This document shows positions 17,143-25,865 of a DNA stretch of 27,590 nucleotides, in pieces. A program made the position numbers and the translations under genes. A model generated the notes under the pieces. That model saw only the letters and a list, made by a program, of their open reading frames with translations, was not told where the DNA came from and searched no databases. The first letter of the stretch is position 1. Each line of letters begins with the position of its first letter. The DNA lies in assembly GCA_017501055.1 (NCBI GenBank), contig JAFVXP010000069.1, positions 1 through 27,590 on the forward strand, read 5' to 3'. The stretch is from Clostridia bacterium (lineage in GTDB: Bacteria; Bacillota; Clostridia; Oscillospirales; CAG-382).

Positions 17143-18330
17143 ATGTATATTCTCGTTGTAAACGCAGGCAGCTCTTCCTTGAAGTATCAGCTTTTCGATA
17201 TGGATACTCAGGAGGTTGCCGCAAAAGGTAATTGCGACCGTATCGGTATTGACGGTAAATTGACCCACACCGCCGCAGGCAAGGATAAGATCCAAAAGGA
17301 TATTTCCATGCCTACCCATTCCCAGGCTGTTTCTGTTTTGATCGATACTCTTACCGATAAGGAATACGGCTGTATTTCTTCTATGTCCGAAATTTCCGCT
17401 GTCGGCCACCGTATCGTCCACGGCGGTCCTTGGCTTATAAAGAGCGTTCGTGTTGATGACGAGGTTCTTGCAGACCTTGAAAAATGCCGTGACCTCGCTC
17501 CTCTCCATACCGTACCCCACCTTCTCGGTATCAAAGGCTGTATGGAGGTTATGCCCGAAACACCTCAGGTTCTCGTTATGGACACCGCTTTCCACCAGAC
17601 CATGCCCCCCGAAGCATACACCTATCCCATTCCTCATGAACTTGCAGAAAAATATAAGATCCGCCGTTACGGCTTCCACGGTACTTCCCACCGTTACGTT
17701 TCCGGCAAGGCTATCGAATATCTCGGCAACCCCAATGCAAAGATCGTAACCTGCCACCTCGGCAACGGCAGCTCGATAAGCGCTGTTGACGGCGGTAAAT
17801 GTGTCGATACCTCTATGGGCTTCACCCCTCTCGAAGGTGTTATCATGGGCTCCCGTTGCGGCGCTGTTGACCCTGCTATCATTCCCTTCCTTATGGAAAA
17901 GGAAAACATTCCCGTTAGCGAAATGGGTAATTGGATGAACAAGAAATGCGGTTTCTTGGGCGTTTCGGGAGTTTCGAGCGACCTTCGTGAGATCGAAGCC
18001 GCAATCAATGAAGGCAACGAACGTGCAACGCTTGCATTCAATGTTCTTGCATATCAGATAAAGAAATATATCGGATCCTATACCGCAGCGATGAACGGTC
18101 TTGACTGTATCGTATTCACGGCAGGTATCGGCGAAAACAACAGCGATATCCGCCGTCTCGCTCTTGAAAATATGTCCTTCTACGGTATCGAGCTTGATGA
18201 AGAAAAGAATCGTCAGAGAGATGTTGTTGAGATCAGCACCGAAAATTCCCGTGTTAAGGTTCTTGTAATTCCCACCAACGAAGAGCTCGTTATTGCGTCC
18301 GATACGATGAAGATCGTTTCCGAATCGTAA
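17143..18330 (+). CDS. ackA: Acetate kinase
   Basis: LVVNAGSSSLKY, VGHRIVHGG, APLH, DTAFHQT, RRYGFHGTSH, CHLGNGSS, DTSMGFTPLEG, FTAGIGEN, PTNEEL. Confidence 0.98.
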   Translation: MYILVVNAGSSSLKYQLFDMDTQEVAAKGNCDRIGIDGKLTHTAAGKDKIQKDISMPTHSQAVSVLIDTLTDKEYGCISSMSEISAVGHRIVHGGPWLIKSVRVDDEVLADLEKCRDLAPLHTVPHLLGIKGCMEVMPETPQVLVMDTAFHQTMPPEAYTYPIPHELAEKYKIRRYGFHGTSHRYVSGKAIEYLGNPNAKIVTCHLGNGSSISAVDGGKCVDTSMGFTPLEGVIMGSRCGAVDPAIIPFLMEKENIPVSEMGNWMNKKCGFLGVSGVSSDLREIEAAINEGNERATLAFNVLAYQIKKYIGSYTAAMNGLDCIVFTAGIGENNSDIRRLALENMSFYGIELDEEKNRQRDVVEISTENSRVKVLVIPTNEELVIASDTMKIVSES

Positions 18331-18333
18331 AAA

Positions 18334-19023
18334 ATGTCTTCTTCCGATAAGAAATTCAAAGAAAATAAATATCCGCATCAAGGTCATCGTCAAAGAATGA
18401 GAATGCGTTTTGAAAACGAACATGAAACGATGACCGACGTGGATATTGTCGAAATGCTTTTGTATTATGCCGTTCCCCGTGCCGATACGAGAAAACAGGC
18501 GCAGGCGCTTGTTGACGTATTCGGCTCGCTTGAAGGCATAATCGCCGCCGATTTCGGCGAAATTTCAAAAATATCGGGCTTGAAGGACAGTGCCGAAACA
18601 CTTTTTTCACTGCTTCGTGAAGCTATAAAGCGAAGCGGTGTTAAATCTGCATCGCATAGCGTTCTCGAGCCCGAAAAGCTCAAAAAATATCTTGTCGGTC
18701 TTTATAAAGGTGCGTCTGCCGAAACGGTCTACGCACTTTATTTCTCTGCCGACGGTGAATTGGTTGGAAAACAGCTTGTCTTCAGAGGCGACGTAAGCTC
18801 TGCAAGGTTTTCGTTAAGAACGATAACCGAGGGTGTTATCCGTGCAGGCGGAAATTCCGTTGTGCTTGCACATAACCACCCAAGCGGTTCGCTCGTTCCC
18901 TCGGGTGACGACCTTATAACCACAAAACGTATTGCGGCACACCTTGCCGCAAACGATATAACCCTTATCGAGCATTATATCGTCGGCAACGACGATTGTG
19001 CCGGTATTTTAAAAGTCAACTGA
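18334..19023 (+). CDS. radC: RadC-family JAB-domain protein
   Basis: HQGHRQRMR, EMLLYYAVPRADT, FGSLEGII, JAB motif HNHPSGSLVPSGDD. Confidence 0.9.
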   Translation: MSSSDKKFKENKYPHQGHRQRMRMRFENEHETMTDVDIVEMLLYYAVPRADTRKQAQALVDVFGSLEGIIAADFGEISKISGLKDSAETLFSLLREAIKRSGVKSASHSVLEPEKLKKYLVGLYKGASAETVYALYFSADGELVGKQLVFRGDVSSARFSLRTITEGVIRAGGNSVVLAHNHPSGSLVPSGDDLITTKRIAAHLAANDITLIEHYIVGNDDCAGILKVN

Positions 19024-19035
19024 GAGGAGTAAATT

Positions 19036-21201
19036 ATGAAATTCAAACGGCTCTTATCACTGTTCCTTGCGCTTGTAACCGTTCTTGCGGTTATGTCTTC
19101 CGCTGTACTGAGCGTAAGTGCAAAAGGATTAACTTTGAGTGAATTGCGCGAGAAATTCCCTCACGGTAAATATTGGAACGGCGGCGACCCCGATTCATAT
19201 ACTTCAACCCCCTGCTATAACCACGATAAATGTAACTGGTTTATGAACTATTCGTTGCAATGTGCAGGCTACGGCGATAAATTGGGCTATGACGCAACAG
19301 GCTATAACCCCAGAGAAAATCGCAACGGTTGGATGAAATATACGACTCTTACCGCAGTTGATAACCTCAAACCCGGTGACATTGTTCGCTATCTTAACGA
19401 TCAGCATACGTTCTACGTTACCGGTGTAAACGGAGAAACTATCACGTATACCGATTGCAATGCGGGAAACACCTGTATTATCCGCTGGGACTCGACTATC
19501 ACAAAGACCGAACTGAAAAAGACCTTCACGTCTGTTCAAGCTGCACCCTTTTCGATCTTGAAGGGAGAAGTGGCGTGTGATTGTTCTTACTCATACGTCG
19601 GCGAATATAATTGTACTGTTCCCGAAGGATACTATCTTAAAATATTCAATTCTCCCAGTACCGACAGCAATGAGATCGGACAGATCTTCCCCGGTGATAC
19701 CGTTGCCGTAACAAAGGGCGACGGCACTTGGGCACACATTGAATACAGAGGAATCTCCGGTTATGCAACCTTGTCTTATTTGGAACCTACCGTCAAACGT
19801 GACACGAAAATAAAATTGTGGTTCTCGAATTCCCAAATGGGCGAAACCGCAGAATATATCTCTCCCGGCGAAACGATGTATCTTTGCTATAAGATATACG
19901 ATGATCTCACCGGCGAAAGATACGACAACTATACAACTATTGATTACAACGTAAAAGTAACGTTCTATACTCCTTATAATACCGACGGATACGTCTACGA
20001 TTTCGATTACGACAACAACTGGATATCCTTACAAAGCTACCGTACAGGCATTTACGAAGGAAAATTGGAATTCACGTCGGATCAAGCCGATACGATAACG
20101 CTTGAAGTGGCGATAAACCTAATCGACGGCGTAACCATAATCAAGCAACCGCAAAACGTTGCCGTTCAAAGCGGAAAGACCGCAAAGGTAACCGTTGATG
20201 CGATAGGCGAGGGACTTAGGTATAAATGGTACGTCAAGAATAAAGGCGCAAGCAAGTTTAGCCTTTCCTCTGCATATACGGGCAATTCCTATTCCGCACC
20301 GATGGATGCCGACAGAGTCGGAAGACAGGTCTATTGCATTATCACCGATAAATACGGTAAATCCGTAAAGACGAATACCGTAACTCTCGGTATGGCTGCA
20401 AAGATAACCAAACAGCCCCAAAGCGTTTCCGTACAAAGCGGAAAAACGGCAAAAGTCACCGTAACGGCTTCCGGCGAAGGAAAAACCTATAAATGGTACT
20501 TCAAGGATAAGGGAGCAAGTAAATTCACCTTGACCGATTCCTACAAGAGCAATACCTATGACGTAACGATGAATTCAACCCGTGCAGGACGTCAGGTTTA
20601 TTGCGTTGTTACCGATAAATACGGCAATTCCGTAAAGAGCAATACCGTAACTCTCGGAATGGCGGCGAAGATAACCAAACAACCGACAACAGTTTCCGTA
20701 CAAAGCGGAAAAACGGCAAAAGTCACCGTTTCGGCATCGGGCGAAGGCTTGAAATATCAATGGTACTTCAAGAATAAAGGTGACAGTAAGTTCACGCTTA
20801 CCAACAGCTATAAGTCGAATACCTATTCTGTCGAGATGAACGGCGATAGAGCAGGCAGACAGGTTTATTGCGTAATTACCGATAAATACGGCAACAGCGT
20901 TAAGACAAACACCGTAACGCTCGGTATGGCAGTTAAGATCACCAAACAGCCTACAAGCGTCACTGTTGCAAACGGATCAACGGCAAAGGTAACCGTTTCG
21001 GCATCGGGCGAGGGCAGAACCTATAAATGGTACGTAAAGAATAAGGGCGAAACAAAATTCACCCTTACAACTTCCTTCACGGGCAGTTCATACTATATAA
21101 CCATGAATAACGCACGTGCAGGCAGACAGGTATACTGCATCATCACCGATAAATACGGCAATAAGGTCAAGACCAATACCGTTACGTTGAACAAGAGATA
21201 A
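19036..21201 (+). CDS. Secreted putative peptidoglycan hydrolase: CHAP-like + SH3-like + Ig-like + four 89-aa Ig-like repeats
   Basis: Signal peptide; C76 (LQCAGY), LKPGDI, H124 (QHTFYV), D140/N142 (TDCN); SH3b-like YLKIFNSPST..IGQI..G..V.V....GTWAHIEY.GISGY; repeats begin 20134, 20401, 20668, 20935 (267 nt). Confidence 0.75.
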   Translation: MKFKRLLSLFLALVTVLAVMSSAVLSVSAKGLTLSELREKFPHGKYWNGGDPDSYTSTPCYNHDKCNWFMNYSLQCAGYGDKLGYDATGYNPRENRNGWMKYTTLTAVDNLKPGDIVRYLNDQHTFYVTGVNGETITYTDCNAGNTCIIRWDSTITKTELKKTFTSVQAAPFSILKGEVACDCSYSYVGEYNCTVPEGYYLKIFNSPSTDSNEIGQIFPGDTVAVTKGDGTWAHIEYRGISGYATLSYLEPTVKRDTKIKLWFSNSQMGETAEYISPGETMYLCYKIYDDLTGERYDNYTTIDYNVKVTFYTPYNTDGYVYDFDYDNNWISLQSYRTGIYEGKLEFTSDQADTITLEVAINLIDGVTIIKQPQNVAVQSGKTAKVTVDAIGEGLRYKWYVKNKGASKFSLSSAYTGNSYSAPMDADRVGRQVYCIITDKYGKSVKTNTVTLGMAAKITKQPQSVSVQSGKTAKVTVTASGEGKTYKWYFKDKGASKFTLTDSYKSNTYDVTMNSTRAGRQVYCVVTDKYGNSVKSNTVTLGMAAKITKQPTTVSVQSGKTAKVTVSASGEGLKYQWYFKNKGDSKFTLTNSYKSNTYSVEMNGDRAGRQVYCVITDKYGNSVKTNTVTLGMAVKITKQPTSVTVANGSTAKVTVSASGEGRTYKWYVKNKGETKFTLTTSFTGSSYYITMNNARAGRQVYCIITDKYGNKVKTNTVTLNKR
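20134..21198 (+). repeat. Four tandem 267-bp coding repeats (Ig-like)
   Basis: Consensus KITKQP.SV.V.SGKTAKVTV.ASGEG..YKWY.K.KG.SKF.L..S...N.Y...M...RAGRQVYC.ITDKYG..VK.NTVTL. Confidence 0.92.
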
Positions 21202-21206
21202 AAACG

Positions 21207-21236
21207 AAAGAGAGGCTTTTACCGCCTCTCTTTTTT
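21207..21236 (+). terminator. Intrinsic terminator
   Basis: AAAGAGAGGC-ttttacc-GCCTCTCTTT followed by T-run. Confidence 0.85.
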
Positions 21237-21238
21237 CA

Positions 21239-21267
21239 TTGACAATATATTGAACGCAGAGTATAAT
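21239..21267 (+). promoter_or_regulatory. Consensus sigma-A promoter
   Basis: TTGACA(21239-44)-N17-TATAAT(21262-67); SD AGGAGG before ATG 21291. Confidence 0.88.
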
Positions 21268-21290
21268 TTTAATATAAGGAGGGATTGATT

Positions 21291-22565
21291 ATGAAACGTG
21301 CTGTTTCCTTAATGCTTGCATTCATTATGCTTTTTGCAGTAATACCCATAACGGTCTTTGCGATAGATACAAACGGCTTGGTTTATGAAATAAGCCCCGA
21401 CGGAACCTATTATACCGTTACCGACTATAACGGAACAGAAACCGAGGTCATGATCCCTTCGACGTATAAAGATTTACCTGTCAAAGAGATCGGCAAAAAC
21501 GCTTTTAGGGACAGTCATAATATAACAAGCGTTGAAATTCCCGACAGTATAACAGCAATAGGCTCTTTTGCGTTTCAGGATTGTTGGAGCTTAAGTTCAA
21601 TTAATATTCCCAAAAGCGTTACAAGCATGGGTGCGGCGGTGTTCGCCTTTTGCTATGATCTGACGAGAATAAACTGCGAGGCGGAAGAAAAACCGTCGGG
21701 ATGGGACGATGAATGGAATGCGGATTACTATATGACGGTCAATTGGGGTTATAATTCCTTGAAAATCGTTGAACAGTCGGGCCCGATCACCGTAAATGCA
21801 GGAAAGACCGCAACAGCAAAGATAACTGCTGTCGGCGTGGGATTAACTTATAAATGGTACGTTAAAAATCGAAACAGCAGCGGATTTTTCCTTTCCGAAT
21901 CCTGCTTTGATAACGATTATTCAATCGTGATGAATTCCGACCGTGCAGGCAGACAGGTCTATTGTGTTGTAACCGATAAATACGGAAGATCAGTTCAGTC
22001 AAAGACATTCACGTTTTATATGTTCGAAACCGTAATAGACCAACCGTCCATCGTTACGGCGCACAGCGGAGAACAAGTGAGAGTTGCGGTCACGGTACAA
22101 CCCGATGCAAGAACCACTTATAAATGGTATTTCAAGGATAAGGGCGCAAAGGAATTCAGATATACACCGTCCTTTACGGGTAATTCCTATTACGTAACGA
22201 TGAACGCCGAAAGAGCTTCCCGTCAGGTCTATTGCATAACGACCGACGCATACGGCAATTCGGTCAAGTCAAAAACCGTAACGCTCGGTATGTCGGTCAA
22301 GATTAAAGAACAGCCGACAAGCGTGAAGGTTGCAAACGGAAAACAAGCAAAAGTCACCGTTTCCGCTTCCGGAGAGGGAAAGACTTATAAATGGTATTAT
22401 AAAAATAAAGGCGACAGTAAATTCACCTTGACGAATTCCTTTACGGGCAGTTCCTATTACGTAACAATGACCAACGCACGTGCGGGCAGACAGATCTATT
22501 GCGTAATAACCGACAAATACGGTAATTCTGTTAAAACAGACACGGTAACCTTGAATAAAAAATAA
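21291..22565 (+). CDS. Secreted BspA-type leucine-rich-repeat protein with three Ig-like repeats
   Basis: ATG 21291 preferred over TTG 21285 by SD spacing; signal peptide; TpLRR units (SVEIPDSITAIGSFAFQDCWSL); Ig-like repeats from about 21762 to 22562, same family as the upstream gene. Confidence 0.85.
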   Translation: MKRAVSLMLAFIMLFAVIPITVFAIDTNGLVYEISPDGTYYTVTDYNGTETEVMIPSTYKDLPVKEIGKNAFRDSHNITSVEIPDSITAIGSFAFQDCWSLSSINIPKSVTSMGAAVFAFCYDLTRINCEAEEKPSGWDDEWNADYYMTVNWGYNSLKIVEQSGPITVNAGKTATAKITAVGVGLTYKWYVKNRNSSGFFLSESCFDNDYSIVMNSDRAGRQVYCVVTDKYGRSVQSKTFTFYMFETVIDQPSIVTAHSGEQVRVAVTVQPDARTTYKWYFKDKGAKEFRYTPSFTGNSYYVTMNAERASRQVYCITTDAYGNSVKSKTVTLGMSVKIKEQPTSVKVANGKQAKVTVSASGEGKTYKWYYKNKGDSKFTLTNSFTGSSYYVTMTNARAGRQIYCVITDKYGNSVKTDTVTLNKK

Positions 22566-22573
22566 ACGAACGC

Positions 22574-22602
22574 AAAAAGGGCATCAAACGATGCCCTTTT
22601 TT
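22574..22602 (+). terminator. Intrinsic terminator
   Basis: AAAAAGGGCATC-aaac-GATGCCCTTTTTT. Confidence 0.88.
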
Positions 22603-22618
22603 GTATTGAAAACACAAC

Positions 22619-22900
22619 CGTCATTCTAAGCGAAAAACCAATCTCTAACCTGTCATTCTGAGCGGAAAAGGGGTCCCCTTAATAACCCTACAAAACTTCG
22701 TTTTGCAGGGAACCCCCGCTTGTTTTGTGGGGTGTAAAGTGAAGAATCTCAATTTGTTGTTTCTTCTGTCTTTGTTTTGTTAACTTTACGTTCTCCTACG
22801 TGAGATTCCTCGTTATATCACCCCAAAAACGCAAGCGTTTTCGGGGACCCCGATGTCACTCGGAATGACAGTTATACTGGATTGATTGCTCGGAATGACA
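22619..22900. repeat. Composite nested inverted-repeat element (REP/MITE-like)
   Basis: Left GTCATTCT(A/G)AGCG at 22620 and 22652; right CTCGGAATGACA at 22859 and 22889; inner GAAGAATCTCA(22741)/TGAGATTCCTC(22801); GGGGACCCC-core units inside both arms. Confidence 0.8.
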
Positions 22901-22931
22901 ATTTCACTAACTTGACCAACACTAACAATGA

Positions 22932-22959
22932 AAAAGAGAGGCATCAAAACCTCTCTTTT
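22932..22959 (-). terminator. Terminator for thrS
   Basis: AAAAGAGAGG-catcaaaa-CCTCTCTTTT, 12 nt from the thrS stop. Confidence 0.82.
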
Positions 22960-22971
22960 GTTTTTGCGTAT

Positions 22972-24903
22972 TTATCTCAACTTTTCATTAATCTCTGTCG
23001 TAAACTTAACTATCATATCCGAAACGGACATAACGCCAAGGTCTTCACCCTTACGGTTACGAACCGAAACAGCACCCTGCTCCTGTTCCTTTGCGCCGAC
23101 GATGAGCATATAGGGTATCTTGTTAAGCTGTGCTTCACGGATACGCTTGCCCATGGTTTCGTTACGGTCGTCAAGATCAACACGTATACCGCAAGCCTCC
23201 ATCTTCTTTGCAACCTCTGCCGCATAACCGTTCATATCTGCATTGACGGGAATAACGGTTGCCTGCGTGGGAGAGAGCCACATCGGGAGCGCACCTGCAT
23301 ATTTTTCAAGAAGGAGCGCAAGCGTGCGTTCATAGCAACCCATGGAGGTGCGGTGGATTATATAAGGATTAACAAGCTGGTTGTTAGAATCGACGTATTC
23401 CATACCGAACTTCTTTGCAAGAAGCATATCTATCTGGATAGTAACACTGGTGTCTTCCTTGCCGAAAACGTTCTTGCACTGAATATCAAGCTTCGGACCG
23501 TAGAATGCCGCTTCGTCGATACCGATTTCGTAATTTATGCCGTTTTCGTCAAGCAATCTGCCCATAATCTCCTGAGCTTCGTTCCACTGTTCGGGAGTAC
23601 CCTCGTATTTGTCGGTACGCTTGGGGTCCCATTGTGAGAAACGGAAGGTGCAGTCTTCCCAAAGACCGAGAGTTTCAAGACAATGCTGTGCAAGGTCGAT
23701 ACAGCCCTTAAATTCTTCTTCAAGCTGGTCGGGACGGAGAACAAGGTGTCCTTCGGAAATAGTGAACTGACGGACACGGATAAGACCGTGCATTTCACCG
23801 CTGTCCTCATTACGGAAAAGCGTTGAGGTCTCGCCCAAGCGCATGGGAAGATCACGGTAGGAACGGCGCTTGTTGAGGAATACTTGGTATTGGAACGGGC
23901 AGGTCATGGGACGGAGCGCAAAGCATTCCTTGGTTTCGTCGTCTGCATCGCCCATAATGAACATACCGTCACGGTAGTGGTCCCAGTGTCCCGAGATCTT
24001 ATAAAGCTCTCTCTTTGCCATAAGAGGAGTTTTTGTGAGAAGATAACCTCGTTTTTGTTCTTCGTCTTCGATCCATCTCTGCATAAGCTGGATAACTCTT
24101 GCGCCCTTGGGCATAAGAATGGGAAGACCCTGACCGATAACGTCAACGGTGGTGAAATATTCAAGCTCTCTGCCGATCTTGTTGTGGTCACGCTTTCTTG
24201 CTTCTTCAAGCTGTGCGATGTGTGCGTTAAGCTCGTCCTTGCTGGGGAATGCCGCACCGTAAACACGCTGAAGCTGTTTGTTGTTCTGGTCGCCCTTCCA
24301 GTATGCACCCGTGCACTGCATAAGCTTTATAGCTTTAACTGCGCCGGTAGAGAAGAGGTGAGGACCTGCGCAAAGGTCAACGAATTCACCCTGACGGTAG
24401 AAACTGATAACAGCGTCCTCGGGGAGCTCGTTTATAAGCTGAACCTTATAGGGTTCCTCCTTTTCTTCCATAAGTGCAATCGCTTCGTTTCTCGGAAGCT
24501 CAAAGCGTTCGATAAGAAGGTTTTCACGGACGATCTTCTTCATTTCGTCCTCGAGTTTTTTCAAAACCTCGGGAGTGAAGGGGATCTCGCTGTCAAAATC
24601 ATAATAAAAACCGCTTTCGATTGCAGGTCCGATAGTAAGCTTTGTTTCGGGATAAAGACGCTTAACTGCCTGCGCAAGAATATGTGCGGCGGTGTGACGG
24701 AAGACCTGCTTTCCTTCCGCCTCGGCAAAGGTGAGAAGCGCAATATCGTCGCCTTCCTTGACAGCGGTGTTAAGCGCACAAACGGCACCGTTCACCTTTG
24801 CGGCGATAACGGCACGAGAGATAAGCTCTGCTTCCTTTGCGGCTTCGTATACGGTATTTGCGTTTTCAACGCTCACTTGATTACCGTTAATGATAAGGTT
24901 CAT
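22972..24903 (-). CDS. thrS: Threonine--tRNA ligase
   Basis: TGS domain, FRHTAAHILAQAV, DLCAGPH, RDHNKIG, LRPMTCP, GLIRVRQF, AAFYGPKLD, IIHR, anticodon-binding domain; 643 aa. Confidence 0.98.
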   Translation of the reverse strand: MNLIINGNQVSVENANTVYEAAKEAELISRAVIAAKVNGAVCALNTAVKEGDDIALLTFAEAEGKQVFRHTAAHILAQAVKRLYPETKLTIGPAIESGFYYDFDSEIPFTPEVLKKLEDEMKKIVRENLLIERFELPRNEAIALMEEKEEPYKVQLINELPEDAVISFYRQGEFVDLCAGPHLFSTGAVKAIKLMQCTGAYWKGDQNNKQLQRVYGAAFPSKDELNAHIAQLEEARKRDHNKIGRELEYFTTVDVIGQGLPILMPKGARVIQLMQRWIEDEEQKRGYLLTKTPLMAKRELYKISGHWDHYRDGMFIMGDADDETKECFALRPMTCPFQYQVFLNKRRSYRDLPMRLGETSTLFRNEDSGEMHGLIRVRQFTISEGHLVLRPDQLEEEFKGCIDLAQHCLETLGLWEDCTFRFSQWDPKRTDKYEGTPEQWNEAQEIMGRLLDENGINYEIGIDEAAFYGPKLDIQCKNVFGKEDTSVTIQIDMLLAKKFGMEYVDSNNQLVNPYIIHRTSMGCYERTLALLLEKYAGALPMWLSPTQATVIPVNADMNGYAAEVAKKMEACGIRVDLDDRNETMGKRIREAQLNKIPYMLIVGAKEQEQGAVSVRNRKGEDLGVMSVSDMIVKFTTEINEKLR

Positions 24904-24921
24904 AATTTTCTCCTTTCAAAT

Positions 24922-25125
24922 AAAAAAGCCGACACATTACCGAAAGTTCGGCAAAATGTCGGGGTGCAGATAAGATCCACACGGTTCCACCCGTGATTTA
25001 ACTTAAAAATTAAATTGTCGGCGCAAAACAGGCGGTATCTGTTACAGCGTATCTTGTTGCAATTCCAGCCCAATTGTTGCAACTCTCTGGAAAGCCGTTT
25101 TGTAATAGACGTGTTCTGTTTCTTG
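24922..25125 (-). ncRNA. T-box riboswitch (Thr)
   Basis: Stem I with CAGAGAG and GGCTGGAA loops; candidate specifier ACC at 25036-25034; antiterminator CGGG-UGGAACC-GUG...CAC-CCCG (bulge 24989-24983); overlapping terminator CCGACA..UGUCGG-U6. 5' boundary approximate. Confidence 0.9.
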
Positions 25126-25141
25126 ATGCTCCTTAAGGTTG

Positions 25142-25169
25142 AGTATACCACTTTTTTTCGATTTGTCAA
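25142..25169 (-). promoter_or_regulatory. sigma-A promoter for T-box/thrS
   Basis: Minus strand TTGACA-N16-TATACT with TG extension. Confidence 0.78.
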
Positions 25170-25189
25170 CCGAAATTTATTGCTTTTAC

Positions 25190-25218
25190 TTTACAAATGA
25201 TGAAAAATATGCTATATT
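25190..25218 (+). promoter_or_regulatory. sigma-A promoter for nrdR
   Basis: TTTACA-N17-TATATT with TG extension; SD GGAGG before ATG 25255. Confidence 0.65.
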
Positions 25219-25254
25219 TAGTCGTAGAGCAACGAAATTATCGGAGGTAATGCT

Positions 25255-25710
25255 ATGAAATGTCCTTTGTGTAACCACGCAGAAAGCAAGGTTATAGACT
25301 CTCGTCCTTCCTCGGACGGAAGCTCGATACGCCGCCGCAGAGAGTGTCTTGAATGTCAAAAACGCTTCACGACCTATGAAAATATCGAAACGCTCCCTCT
25401 TATAGTAATCAAGAAGGATATGTCCCGTGAGACCTTCGACAGAAACAAGATATTAAACAGCATTATCCGTGCCTGCGATAAACGTCAGGTAACCCTTTCC
25501 CAAATGGACAACCTTGTTTCCGAAATAGAGCTTTCTCTCCAAAATTCGCTCCAAAACGAAATCACCTCCGACCGTATAGGTGAATTGGTTATGGAAAAAT
25601 TAAAAGAGCTTGACGAGGTTGCATATATCCGCTTTGCTTCGGTCTACCGTCAGTTTAAAGACATCGGAGCATTTATGGAAGAGCTTCAAAAGCTCCTTGC
25701 AGAAAAATAA
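25255..25710 (+). CDS. nrdR: Transcriptional repressor NrdR
   Basis: [35 protein letters not shown] cone, [15 protein letters not shown]. Confidence 0.98.
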   Translation: MKCPLCNHAESKVIDSRPSSDGSSIRRRRECLECQKRFTTYENIETLPLIVIKKDMSRETFDRNKILNSIIRACDKRQVTLSQMDNLVSEIELSLQNSLQNEITSDRIGELVMEKLKELDEVAYIRFASVYRQFKDIGAFMEELQKLLAEK

Positions 25711-25726
25711 AAATACGTTGGATTAT

Positions 25727-25761
25727 AGGAAGACGCTTAAAAAAGCAGTCTTCCTTTTTTT
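25727..25761 (+). terminator. Terminator after nrdR
   Basis: AGGAAGAC-GCT-taaaaa-AGC-a-GTCTTCCT followed by T-run. Confidence 0.85.
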
Positions 25762-25802
25762 GCGGGGTGGTTGTTAAATGTAAAAAATATTGTAAAAATC
25801 TA

Positions 25803-25831
25803 TTGACTTTATCGAATTAACGTGATATAAT
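25803..25831 (+). promoter_or_regulatory. sigma-A promoter for Tyr-rich leader
   Basis: TTGACT(25803-08)-N17-TATAAT(25826-31) with TG extension. Confidence 0.85.
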
Positions 25832-25865
25832 GCTTAAAAATTACTTAAGAAGGAGCAGCAAAATA

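Noticed and set aside
18334-19023. radC as marker of a mobile element
   Set aside because: Full-length chromosomal type with N-terminal HhH region, 3 nt after ackA; no integrase or conjugation genes.
20134-22562. Diversity-generating retroelement template/variable repeats
   Set aside because: Differences between repeats are not adenine-specific, many are synonymous, and no reverse transcriptase is present.
25211-25222. NrdR box over the nrdR -10 (CTATATTTAG), suggesting autoregulation
   Set aside because: Only one imperfect box with no partner about 31 bp away, and the match is largely explained by the -10 hexamer.
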